In this document: piece by piece, positions 35,071 through 47,880 of the stretch
How positions within the stretch are numbered: position 1 is the first letter of the stretch
How the letters are laid out: every line of letters begins with the position of its first letter
DNA from: Felis catus
Taxonomy: Eukaryota
NCBI RefSeq assembly: GCF_018350175.1
Contig: NC_058368.1
Location: 177,756,001 to 177,820,000 of the forward strand
Direction of reading: 5' to 3'
Length of the DNA stretch: 64,000 nt
The notes under the pieces: model-generated
Told to the model about the DNA's origin: nothing
The model's input: the letters and a program-made list of their open reading frames with translations, nothing else
Database searches by the model: none
Program-made: the position numbers and the translations under genes

Positions 35071-37486
35071 AGAATGGAAAGGATAGGGAGAGGGATGCTC
35101 AAAGGTATTGGTTTGAGACTCACCAATGTAAGAAGCCCTTAAGAACAGCCTTCAATAGAGCTAACGGTACCCAGTCATAGTAGTAGAAGCTTCCTTTGGA
35201 AAAGAGAAGCTGTTTGTAACCAGAAAGGGATGAAAACTGGCACTCTATGCTGATGAGTCAGTAGTGAGAGTCAGGATGAAGCCTAGAGATGCATCGGGTT
35301 ATGGGGGACGGATATAAAGCACTTGTTGCTTCCCCACCTTCATTTCACAGCTGCCATATTGAGTCTGTCCTAGAAAAATCAGGTTAGAATGAACCTCAAG
35401 AGCTACCTCCAAGACATTAGAGAAAAGACACAGAGGAACGTCATGAGACAGTTATACTGTTAGATTCTGACCTTCTCAAGGATATCTGTCCTACTCCATT
35501 TTATACTCTTGGGATCTGGCTATAGAATTAACGATCGGGTACAGGTATAGAGTAAGTTAGAGGAAGGTCTGTTCACTCTGCCGTGATGCTGGGAAGCACA
35601 AGGCTCTTCTGTACCAGCTGGCAAAGCCACCTCCCTCTCCCTTGCCCACTGCCTCTTTGGGTCACTGCCCATCTGTTTCATCCCGGCTGCAGCACAAAGT
35701 TGGGGTATAGGATGACTGCTCTAAATCACTCTACCTTAGGGATGGCCCCGGTGGGACTTACTGGAAGCTCAACTTGCCTGAGTGTAAGTGCTGAAAAAAT
35801 ATGTGCTACCTCTGATTAGTCGCTGCCAACAAACTATAGCTTTGCGGTTAAGCATGTCAACTCTGGAGTTCAATAGCCCCAAGTTTTAGCTTTTCCACTT
35901 ACTATGTGTCACGTTGGGAAAAGTACCTAATCTTTTTGTACCTCAGTTTCTATATTTACAAAGTGGTGATCGTAATACTAGCACTTCACAGAGAAACGTG
36001 ATGATTAAATCAGATTACGTGTGTATGTAAGCAGCTTGAGCTATTTCCTGCACACGGTAAGCACTTATATTTTGCCAGTAGTATTTTTTCCTAAAAATAA
36101 ATACACAGGCCATGCACAGAACGCTGTGAAGAAGACCAAGATCGTGGCAGCATGTGCAAAAAACAATTCTGTCCTGAAATGTGAGTTCCTGTTTTATACT
36201 TTTGGTGTCTACTGACCTATGTCTGGCTTCCTTTAAGTGCTTTATAGCCACGTTGTCCTCTGGTCCAGTGGTGAATGTCCCTTCAGCATGGGGTTTTAGT
36301 TTCAATCTACTGCCATATTTTTGATAATAAAGTTGCAAATCAACCAGACTGAGTTAATGGGTCATGTGGAGGGCACCCTTTCTATTTAGGGTTCACTAGA
36401 AATGTCTTTGATAACATTAGAAAACCGGGCTAATTGTTTTTTAAGAGGCTGAGAGACATGAACGTACTTCATCTACTTAGGCGTTTCCCACTGTGAGGGT
36501 GTTGCTCAGGTTCCACAGGCCAAAATCTCATGAGTTAAATATGTGGCTACACTTTCTCCTCCTTAGTCTTAGGGAATGGAACCTTAAGTATGAAAGATGT
36601 CTTGTACCGTATGTCAAAATGTTGAGCAGAGTAGCATTTCAATCTAAACACAAAAATGAAAAAAGAGCAGATGATTTCCCTTTTGCTGTAATTCACTTTG
36701 GGATGCATGTCATGAAGAGCACTATACAAAAGCAATTTTCATTGATTGACTGACTGATTGAGGAAAAGGGTGAATGTTCTTTCAGCGTACATCCCTACTG
36801 AAGTATGATTCTTATAGCTCCTGACAGCTCTTCACAATTTGTAGTTAAATGCCAGGTTGCGGTCGGGGTGTGTGTGTGTGTGTGGGGGGGGGGTGTGCGC
36901 AGGAGAAGAAGAGAGATAAAATCATAATTAGAACCCTTTTTGGGTTTTTATTATAGCTGACTTGTGCCAAATAGTTACATAGATAAGGGTGAAATAAATT
37001 CAAATCTAAATGTTCTAATTGTTCCTTTCAATGTATTTAGATTTTACAGAATATAATTGTTAAAAATACCCTATTAATGAGTTAGCTGCATGATCTAATC
37101 AGTGATGCTGACAACCACATGGCCACATAGTTCTTGTTCTACTTCTGTGGAAGGCGCTACTCTTTCTAGAACAATTAGTTTTAACTGAAATTCTGATGTA
37201 GAGAAGCACTCATCATCAGTGCCCTAGTCTTATAATTTGAAAAAGAATCAGTCACACTTCTGAACTGCCCTCTAATTCTACAAAACATGCTCCTGCATTT
37301 AGTGATCTGGGCAAATCTTTCACTCTGTGATATAACTGAACGAGTGCTGATCTTCGGCTTACGTATGCAAACACTTAACACGCCCAGAGATAACACTAAA
37401 AATATTTCACACACAAATTTAATCTACCAAATATTGTAGCAGATCTGTGCCTAATCACTGTTACTATTGACCTGTCCTTAAAGTTT

Positions 37487-37696
37487 TCTTTCTTTTTTAT
37501 TTTTATTTTTTTATTTGAAAGAGAGAGAGCGCATATATGCGCACTGGGGAGAGGCAGAAGGAGAGAGAAAGAATCCCATGCAGGCTCCATGCTTAGAGCA
37601 GAGCCCAACGTGGGGCTCAATCCCTCCAACCTGGGATCATGACCTGGGCCAAAATCAAGTGTTGGACGTTCAACCAACTGAACCATCCAGGCGCCC
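37487..37696 (-). mobile_element. CAN-SINE (older)
   Basis: T-rich tail, (GA)n, ends ccaggcgccc. Confidence 0.88.
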
Positions 37697-37916
37697 GTAG
37701 TTTATTGTGCTAATGGCATAAAAATACATGGGGAGTTTTTTCCTTAATAATGTTGTTAAGTTCAAGGAATGCTGGTGAGACAGTAATCTTATTTGAAATA
37801 GATTCACTTAATTACAGTGGATCCTCAAGTGGACTAAATTTAATGCTAGCAAAGTTACATTTGTTTACAGATTATGGACAATAGCTTATTTGGAGAATAT
37901 TTTTAAAAACATTGAG

Positions 37917-38246
37917 AGGGTGCCTGGGTGACTCGGTTAAGTGTCAGGCTTTTTATTTCAGCTCAAGTCATGATCTCATGATGGTGAGATCGAGCCCTGC
38001 ATCGGGGCTCTGCTCTCAGTGTGGAGCCTGCCTAAGATTCTCTCTCTCCCTCTCTCTCTGCTCCTCTCTCACTCTCTCTCACTCTAAGATAAAAAATTAA
38101 AATTTTTTGGGGTGCCTGGGTGGCTCAGTCAGTTAAACGTCCAACTTCGGCTCAGGTCATGATCTCACGATTCGTGGGTTTGAGCCCTGTGTTGGGTTCT
38201 GTGCTGACAGCTCAGAGCCTGGAGCCTGCTTCTGATTCTGTGTCTG

Positions 38247-38290
<44 letters not shown>

Positions 38291-38350
38291 CCTCCCCCAC
38301 TCAAGGTCTGTCTTTGTCTCTCTCTCAAAAATTAATAAAACATAAAACAT
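37917..38350 (+). mobile_element. Two CAN-SINEs in tandem (about 37917-38108 and 38109-38350)
   Basis: The second GGGGTGCCTGGGTGGCTCAG head starts in the tail of the first; long (CT)n in the second. Confidence 0.88.
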
Positions 38351-38657
38351 TTTTTTTCAAATAATAGATACTAAAACTATCAGCTCCTGAACCATGTACC
38401 ATCTCACAAGAGGCATAACAACTTCCCTATTCCTCAGATTCCACATGTAAAATGAGAACTCTTCTAAAATAATCTTCAAATTCTAACTTTCTGTGAATCA
38501 GTTAACAATCATAGAAAAATTCTTCATATGAAAATAGTATTCCTCTTATACACTAGAAACGTCATTGGTTCATATATCCTTGGTGTTTTATAAAGAAACC
38601 AAGGCAGGCTGCATTTAGTGATATTATAGTAATATAATAGTATATAATAGTAATATA

Positions 38658-38878
38658 CCTGGGTGGCTCAGTCGGTTAAGCATCTGACTTCCACTCTGGT
38701 CATGAGCTCGCAGTTTGTGATTTCGAGCCCCGCATCAAGCTCTAGTGCGGACAGCTCAGAGCCTGGAGCCTGCTTCAGATTCTGTGTCTCCCTTACTCTG
38801 CCCCTCCCCCATTCATGCTCTGTGTCTCTCTCTCAGAAAATGTAAATAAACATTAAATTTTTTTTAAATTAAAAAATA
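38658..38878 (+). mobile_element. CAN-SINE, slightly 5'-truncated
   Basis: Begins cctgggtggctcagtcggttaag; AATAAA tail. Confidence 0.88.
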
Positions 38879-40588
38879 AGGACACTGAGGCTCTACAGTC
38901 ACATAACAGATCATGATAAGCACATTTCCAGGTGCAAGGCATTTACAATGTGCTTCCTAGGCTGGTAGGCACAAATCGAAAGGTCTATGAGGATATTGGA
39001 AAACCATTTATGTGGGTTCCTGCTTCATTTGCTATGGAAGCTTGAGGAGATAACTTTTACAATTTGGAATGGACACTCATCGTGCAGTTATGCTTCCAGC
39101 AATATACATCCAGGTTGGGGGGAAAACAGTTCAAACTGGTAAATAATTGCAGTATCATTGCATCAGTTTAGTTTAAAGAGCTGACAAGCCCTCTCTAAAC
39201 TCCAAGCACAATTAGTCATTAGGGTCTAGTTTTTCAGCACTGTTAAGCAATTTGTAACCCATTCCTTTTAATAGGGTTAGGCATTACTTAACCGACACAG
39301 ATGCCTTGAAAACTGAAACCTCGAGTTATAAAGCAGCCACCTTGTTCATTACCTTCAGTGATAGGCAAATCATCTATAAAAACAGCATTTAATGGGCAAC
39401 CAATGAATAATCAATGGCTCACTTTTCATCTGAGTGTGAAAATGAGAATAATCTAATACAAAGTCCCTCTGGTAAGATGCTGAAATCTCGAGTTCTGCTG
39501 CTCTTCAGGGCTGATTTATAAGGTCTTGGAAAGCTGATGTAAACAGATGATCAATGGGACCCATCCTTGCTCATAATAACCCCCAACTGGCCCACTCCCT
39601 CTTTTCCAAGTCCATCCCTTCAGGCTATTAGCTCTGTCCGGCTAATTCTTCCCACTACTCCTGCCTGCTGCTTTTACTCCGGCCATCCGTTCAGTCCAGC
39701 CGACTCAGAAGTAATTTTATACGCAGCAGAGAGCGGGTAGAATTGATTTTTCACTCAGTGCTCAGTTCCCATCTGAATAATTATCAATTTTACTGCCTCA
39801 TAAAGGGCAGAGTCAAAATTTCAAATCAATTCAAAAGAGCTTTTGAGACGACAGAAATTGTGCATAAGAATAGAGGTCAAAGTTGTCAGTGACCTAAGGA
39901 GGTGATGTCAGATATTACTATACCCAATAGTTGACATCAGAGGCACTCAAGATGATATAACCTAGTGCTAATGCAAATCATATTTATGCTGACTACCAGA
40001 GACCAGTCATTAATATTTAAAATGCTATCTGAAAGCCTGCATTCCAAATAAATAGAATGTATTCTGCTGTTAATAAAGATATATCACTACTTAGTCATAT
40101 GCTATAAAATAAAGGATTACCAAGTATTATTAACACACAGAAATTACTTAAACCAACAAATGCATGGTAATTCTGAGTAAAGACAAACTTGATGGTGTCC
40201 TGTACAACCACATCACTTGCTCTGCACAGTCTGATGGTATTTGTCTGGAATCACAGCCTATTGATTTTGGTAAAATTTTCTGCCAACTTAAAAGTTTCTG
40301 CCAAAGTTTATGAGACAATATTGTGATCAGGCTCAGTGCTGGCAGGAGGGATTTGGTGGTGGACTTGTCATTTGCCATGGTGGGGTGGGGGGCTGGGTCT
40401 GATTCCTGGCCAATTCATGGGTATTTATTTTCTCCACTGGCGGCATGCTCTCAGTCTGTGGTTCTCAACCTTCTCCTTGCAAAACACTGGAGGGCCAGGA
40501 CACCCCCAACAGTACCACAGGTTACTGCAGATGGGGAGGTGGGGAAGGGGGAAGGAGAGGTACATTCTTGATAGAAAGTATATTTTGA

Positions 40589-40617
40589 GGGGTACCTCGT
40601 GTATATATATATATGTG

Positions 40618-40665
<48 letters not shown>

Positions 40666-40666
40666 C

Positions 40667-40716
<50 letters not shown>

Positions 40717-40920
40717 GGCTCAGTTGGTTAAGTGTCTGACTCTTGGTTTCGGCTCCGGTCATGATCGCGTGGTGGGTGATTGGAGCCCCACACTGGGCTC
40801 TGCACTGATGGTGTGGAGCCTGCTGAGGATTCTCTCTCTCCCCCTCTCTTTCTCCCCCTCCCTTGGTTGCATGTGTACGAGGACACTCTCTCTCTCAAAA
40901 TAAATAAGTTAATTTAAAAA
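40589..40920 (+). mobile_element. CAN-SINE whose head is split by a compound (TA)/(TG) microsatellite (40600-40715)
   Basis: ggggtacctcg-[microsatellite]-tggctcagttggttaag... Confidence 0.8.
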
Positions 40921-42424
40921 AATGTGTATCTTGTAATGGCATTCCTGATGAACATGAGATCTTATCCCCACCACTAGGCCCTTGAGAATCAATGGTATAA
41001 GTGATAAGGCTTTCGACCCAGACGAACCTTGTTTCAATTCCACTTTCCAGTTGATCTCTCTGCATCTCAATTTGTTCATCTGTAAAATGGGGATGACGAT
41101 ATCTACATTCCAGGGTTGTTGTGGGGGTGTAAATGAGAAGAGTTCTCTGAAAGTCCTCTCCTCGTGTGTCAATCTCTGTCACCACTATATTAATCAAATT
41201 ATTCAGATAATTTGATTATTCATATAAATTGTTACCTAGTAACTAACCCATCATCTCTGTCCCACGTGACAGAAACTTTTTAAGGAAAGAAATTATGTCT
41301 TATGAATCTCAGCGGCTCTTGTACCTTGTACACAGAAAGTCCTCACTACGTGTGCTACCTTCCTCTTCTCTTTACCGTATCACCAACATGTCGTAACAAT
41401 TCCAGGATCATAACCAAGTATTTACAGGCATACAGCACTTTGTTTAGTTACACAAAATCTTAATTACACACCTCCCCACAAGGAAAATAACAGGTTACTG
41501 AGACATCACCAAAAGTAAGTTTATATAACTTAATTTGCATATTAGTAAAAAAATGACAGCCAGGAAGAAAACCTCTTCCATGGCCAGCCCATTCTATGTT
41601 CATCATTTCTTCACTCACAGTGACGCTTTCCGTTGGTGGCACGTGCCTTGTTTAACAAGGCTAGTAACCTTGTTAAAGTGTTTACGTTTGCAAACCACAA
41701 ACTAGTATGATGATAATTTGGCAAAATGAAACAAGTGGAAGCGGTATACAGCATCATTTCCAAAGTCAGTAGAACGGGAGAACATCAGAGTGATGGTATC
41801 TCCATAGAAAAATGGCATCATTCTCTTTGAAATATTTCTGGCACGTGTTATTTATTTTTATGCATGCTGTTGCTGTGATTTGCAGAAGTGAGTTTTCAAA
41901 AAACACTATTAAACTTGGACCTAACTCATAGTAGCCAGTCAGAAAACACATCTGAAAATAAAGAACTTGTGGCTTTATTCCTTTTACTTAAATGCTCTTG
42001 GGAATATGACCTACCTGAACTTTTCTTATCTTAAATAAGAAGAATATCAACTGTAGTATGATGAACCGAAAGTTCTCACCAAGTTGCCTGGCATACAGAG
42101 TACTCACAGGCAAACTTTAGAAGACTTAGAGGCTCCAGGAAAGAAAGCAGAGGTTGACTGTTTCTAGTTCTGGCTTTGCTTTTTATTGCTCTCAGGCCTC
42201 TGAAAGAGCTATCCTTTTTTTGCATCCTAGCTTCGCTGGGGTAAGATGAAAGACGTAGAGAGATTTCTTGAGGGTGAGCTAGTGTGCTACCCTACCTTGA
42301 GGGAAAATACTCCTAGAGAGTAACTGGTAAAGGGTCTTGGCAAGGACCATTTGTTCTAAGAGATATTCAGGGTCTAGGCTTCTGGGAAACTGTTTCTTAA
42401 GTCAGGTGACCGACCACCAGTTAC

Positions 42425-42591
42425 CTGCTGTAGGACATCTGGATTTTGCTGCATAAAATGTAAGAGTCTCTGACCGGCCTGGGTGGCCTCTCTGCATCGA
42501 AGTGGCTTCTTGCCCTCTTTTGCTATGTGCTTGAAGAGGTAGGTGACGATGTAGTCTAAACTGGTACAGCAGCTGGAGGAGACAACTGTAT
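42425..42591 (-). CDS. RANBP17: RANBP17 exon (167 bp): (D)TVVSSSCCTSLDYIVTYLFKHIAKEGKKPLRCREATQAGQRLLHFMQQNPDVLQQ
   Basis: Acceptor ttcgtacag|AT, donor CAG|GTAACT, phase 1/0 consistent with both neighbours. Not in the ORF track; read manually. Confidence 0.94.
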
Positions 42592-44545
42592 CTGTACGAA
42601 CAATAAATGAGAATTCCTTCGCATTACTAAGTGAGTTTTCATCTGATTAATTATAATGCCTCCGATTAAAAAAACCACTTTCTGGTTTCAAAGCACTTTT
42701 ATCAAATTGTAAAACTCCTTGAGGGCAGGGATTTTACCTTGCTTATCTCTTTGAACCCAGTGTCTACTACAAGACCTGGTATAGAGACTTGTTAGTTAAG
42801 TAACTGACTCCTGGATTGAATTGGACAGAATTTTCCATTTGTGACCTCAACGATCGTCTGTTCAACTCAAGTGACTTCGTTAAACGTCTGTTGGTGCAAA
42901 GCGCTCTGCTGCAGAGGAAACAGGGTGTGGACTTGGTGCAAAATGCTCTCTTTCAGGGGAAACCTCTACCCTGGTCAAAGAGCTCGTGATTCAGTACATA
43001 AGTCACTGCTGCTCAGTGCTAGCCAAAAATGAGCGACACACTGCTGGGCGGATTTTGAGGAAGACATCACATTTGGATGGGGATCAAAAAGACTTTACGA
43101 AGGAGACAGAACCTAAGACGGGCTTGGGAAAGTTATTTCAGTTAGATATAAGGAAGGACATTTTTCAGGTAGAGAGATTCACACAATGTGCACAGTGTGG
43201 TGGGAAGTTAGGGATTTTGGAGTCAGACAGCTCTGGTTTCAAATCTCATCTTTTCTAATGACTTGCTATGTTGTTACTCTGAAAGAACCAGTTAACCTTT
43301 CTCAGCATTTGTAAAATAACTTGCAGAGTTGAATGAGAAGAAAACAACTAGAAAGTCTCAGAATAAAAATAGCTGATATTTACTGACAGTTTACTGTGTT
43401 AGTTACACAAATTATTGTGCATCCTCACAATAGCTCTGTGATGGTAACTGTTATTATCTCCATTTACAGGCAAGAATAGTGAGGGATTAAATGACATGTC
43501 CAATGCCACACGGCTGGATGACTGTTGGAGCCACTGTCTGAAAATAAACAAGGAGCTAAGGTTCTAGATTTATACTTTTAACCATGAAAATTAATATACA
43601 TTAAACAAAATCAGGTTTTAAGCAAAAGTACATGTAACCATCAAACACTTTCTTAAAACACAATGGATTCAAAAGATGACAATTACTACCAGTTTGCCCT
43701 CGTGTTGAAAAGAGGAGGGTATATTCAGGGAGTAGGACTTTTGGGATGAGTGAAAGAATATATAGGGAGTCATAAGAGAGAAGGCTGACAAAGTAGGTTG
43801 GTGTCTTCCTTGAGGGCATCCAATAGTGAGCTGGGACAGTACATTTAATTTGAAAGACAACAGAGGTGTTATTAAAGGCTTCTTTTTTAAAGCAAGCAAG
43901 TGACATGATGTAGCAACCATTTATTGACTATCTACTTTGTACATTAGGGTTATTATTCGCTTACTTCTAACAATTACTTTGTATACAGTAGGTGTTATTT
44001 GCATTTTTCAGTAAGAAAAATGAATTTTGGAGATAAAGAGCTTATCCAACAAAGTTCATGGTTCTGATTCATAGAATGACACTGCCCAGATTTTTTGGCC
44101 AAAGGTAATAATGTACGGACACGATCCTGGGGGAGTTTATGATCAGTAACAGAAGTGACAAGAGGAACAGTTAAAAACATTCAAAAGTGGCAAAAATGGT
44201 AAATGCAGATGAGGAAAGCAGACAGGGAGAGTAGGGCTGGGAACCAGCAGATTATAAACTTCCTAAGGCAGTCATTAATTTCTTATTCATTTTATGAATC
44301 TCTGAGGTTTTGTGCCTTTCCTAGATTAGAGGTGCAATGTTAGTAGGCAAAGCGAGTCTGAGGAAGGTTTTATAGGTCTTGAGTTGTATTTAGTAATAAT
44401 ACCTAGAACGACAGAACACCACAGTTTACAAACTCTTTCATATAAATTGCTTTGGAGAGAAATGGCATAAGAAATAGAAAGAGGTAGGCTTGGTGGAAAG
44501 TTCTGACATACAGATAGATAAATGCATTTAAAACAGAGGATAACA

Positions 44546-44766
44546 GGGGCGCCTGGGTGGCTCAGTCAGTTAAGTGTCCAACTCTTGATTTTGGCTCAGG
44601 TCATGATCTCACAGGTTTATGAGATTTAGTCCTGTGTCAGGCTCTGTGCTGTCAGCATAGAGCCTGCTTGGGATTCTCTCTCTCCCTCTCTTTCTGCCCC
44701 TCCCTCCCTGTCTCTTTCTCAAAGTACATTAATAAACTTTAAAAGTAAATAAAAAAATAAAAAAAT
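44546..44766 (+). mobile_element. CAN-SINE
   Basis: TSD aaaa(c/t)agaggataa. Confidence 0.9.
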
Positions 44767-45669
44767 AAAATAGAGGATAATAGTAGTTGGTGCAGGATCA
44801 GTAGGGGTTGAATGAAGGTCTACAAGATGGGAACGGACAATAGTTTAGGGAAACCATAGCGCTATGGAAGCTATATATACAAGCAAATTGTGGCGCTATA
44901 TTTTCCTCTTAAGAAAGGGGCTCTTTTTCTCCCAAAATCAGGGCATTTGATTGATGGATTAATCATTTATCTCTCCCCACTATCTGGGTTGCTGTGCAGA
45001 AAAGGAAGATTAAATTTTATAATTCCAGGAGGTAGTATAATGTAGTGGAAAAGATCTAGGCCTAAGAATCAGGTACAGACTGGTTGAGCTCGGTTGCTTT
45101 TCTCTTTTCCTTCACATTTCTACTTTTGAAGTCCCAATCATGAAAGTAAATGGATTAAGTAACTTAATATCTACAAAAGGAAGCGAGCAGGAAATAGATA
45201 TGGTTTCCCTCACCAGTAAAGAGCAATATGCTATCAATCATACAAAAATTATAAAGACTTCACATAGATTTGGTGACCGCATGCCATGCAGGTTGCATTA
45301 AAAGGTTCCAATCTACTGAGTCAGCTATGAAAAAGCCAGGTAAACACTTTAGACATGAAGGTTGGAACATATATCCTTGCAGTAAAAGCAAGAAGAAGAG
45401 ATTCCATTATGGCTGATTTATGGTTGGGGACTTTGAAATGGATAAATGTTATTTTAGGGTAGATTGAAAGGTGTAGAATCATAAGGATCAAGGGCCGTTT
45501 GATCAAAAACAGAATGAATAGCGCTAAGGACTATGTATTATTATTGGTTTTCTTTATTTGCAGCTCAAGCTATCATGTGAGATTCAAATAATGAAACTCT
45601 CCTGACATAAAAGGATGGGCAGAAGTCATGAATTTTCATATTTTGTCCTGGTTCTTGGTATTCAGAATT

Positions 45670-46356
45670 GTTAAATTTTTAAAAATGTTTTATTTATTTT
45701 TTTGAGAGAGCACAAGTCGGGGCGTGAGAGAGAGGGGGGCAGAGGATCCGAAGTAGGCTCTGCCCTGACAGCAGCAAGCCTGATGGAGGGCTTGAACTCA
45801 CAAACCGCAAGATCAGGACCTGAGCCGAAGTCTGACACTTAACCGAATTAGCCACCCAGGAGTCCCAGTATTCAGAATCTTTTAAAAAAAGGATTCATTC
45901 GGGGCACCTGAATGGCTCAGCCTGTTGAACATCTGACTTCAGCTCAGGTCATGATCTCATGGTTCATGGGTTCGAGCGCCACATCAGGCTCTGTGCTGAC
46001 AGCTCAGAGCCTGGAGCCTGCTTCGGATTGTGTCTCCATCTCTCTCTGCCCCTCCCCCGCTTGCTCCCTCTCTCTCTCTCTCTCTCTCAAAAATAAGTAA
46101 ACATTAAAAAAAAAGACCAAAAAAAAAGGATTTATCTGCAATGTAGACAATTAAAAAAATTTTTTTTTAATGTTTATTTATTTTTGAGAGACAGAGAGAG
46201 ACAGCATGAGCAGGAGAGGGGCAGAGAGAGAGAGAGAGAGAGAGGGAGGGAGACCCAGAATACAAAGCAGGCTCCAGGCTCTGAGCTGTCAGCACAGAGC
46301 CCAACGTGGGGCTTGAACTCATGAGCCCTGAGATCATGACCTGAGCTGAAGTCGGA
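45670..46356. mobile_element. Cluster of three CAN-SINEs in -/+/- orientation (about 45670-45866, 45901-46119, 46153-46356)
   Basis: Separate TSDs gtattcagaat, aaaaaaaggatt and ctgcaatgtagacaatt (46136-46152 / 46357-46373). The third lacks its 5' ~30 nt. Confidence 0.9.
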
Positions 46357-47394
46357 CTGCAATGTAGACAATTTTAGACACAATGTTTAAGTTGAATGGT
46401 CACTTTGTTCTCTCTAGCAACTTGTTGTTTGGCATTAAAACCAAATGCTCCTTTTCTCCTGCAACTGGTCTCCAAAGGAAGCACATGCACCATTAATAAG
46501 CCTCCTGTTCACTAGGACCCATCATGGAAAACTGTTCTGAAAAGTTAACTGTATAGGAAAGAGTTGCTTGACTGAGTCAGGAGAATAATAATGGGGCTGA
46601 GCTAAAATTTGGCTTTGGCTCAAAATTTCTCACCATGGCAGAAGAGAGGAAGGAGGTCTTAGAAAAATTCAGTGTGAAAGGCAATTTCAGAAACGAAAGG
46701 CCTGTCTGGGTGGTGCACAGTTTTGGAAATAGGTGGCTCTGGATTTGAATCTGTATTTTCTAGATGTTTAACTTCATGGAGCTTTAATTTGCAACTCTGT
46801 AAAATGTGCTCAATACTACCTACTTTGCAAGGTCTTGTGAGAAATTAGTAAAGTGTGTAAAGATTAACATAGTGCTCAACACACAGTAGGCTTCCCCCTT
46901 TTCACTTTCCATCTGTCTTCCTGGCGGTTTCAGTCCCTTAAATGCAAAGCCCATCATTTTGTTTGGCAAACTCATAGCTAGCTGTCTTCTACTTTTAGCA
47001 TGTTTTTGGTGGGAGAAACTAGTGTACAAGGTCTCTAAGTTTCTAAATATTTCCTGAATGTCTTGTTTCCATGTTATATTCATACCACTTAATCTAATTC
47101 AAGAATGTGTTCAAAATAACAACATATTCTATTCATAATGAACATTTTATTAATAGTGGCCTTGATGAGGAAAGGTCTGGTGGCTTCCAGTTGGGTCAAA
47201 TTTTCACTTGCCCTCACAATTTGTTTTTGCCTTTTGTGCTATCTTTTACTTCCTGGAATGACCCTCACTGCTGCCCCAGCTAATCTTCAGAGGCCTTCCC
47301 TGATCACTTCTAAAGAAGCCACATTTGATCATTCTCCAGTCATTATCCCATTTTAAGTTTTTGTTTAGCACTTGCAATGATTTGACTTTTTCTT

Positions 47395-47410
47395 GTGTGT
47401 GTGCGTGCGT

Positions 47411-47441
<31 letters not shown>
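47395..47441. repeat. (TG)n/(CG) compound dinucleotide repeat
   Basis: Direct reading. Confidence 0.9.
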
Positions 47442-47705
47442 GTCATTTATTTATTGTTTATCTTTTCCCTCTAGAGTAAAAGCTTCACATCAGCAGGGAC
47501 CTTCTCTGTTTTGTTCCCTTTAGTACTGCCAAGTACATAGTATGTGCATAATTGGTACTTACTGAATGAATGACTTGAGTGTCACTATTATTAAGAGCAG
47601 CTTTTTTAAGTTCTGCACTTGGTCTCTATATGTAAGAGAATGGTTTCTATATGTAAGAGTGTGGTGGGGGGTGATGGTGGCTGGGTAATAAAAAGATAGA
47701 AAATA

Positions 47706-47880
47706 GGGGCACCTGGGTGGCTCATTTGGTTAAGCATCTGACTCTTGGTTTCAGCTCAGGTCATGATCTCACAGTTTTGTGACTGCGAGCCCTGGGTCAG
47801 GCTTCTTCTCTCTCTCCCTCTCCCCTACTCACGCCGTCTCTGTCTCTCTTAAAATAAACTTAAAAAAAATAAAAAGAAAA
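47706..47880 (+). mobile_element. CAN-SINE with internal deletion
   Basis: Head and tail present, central segment missing. Confidence 0.85.
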
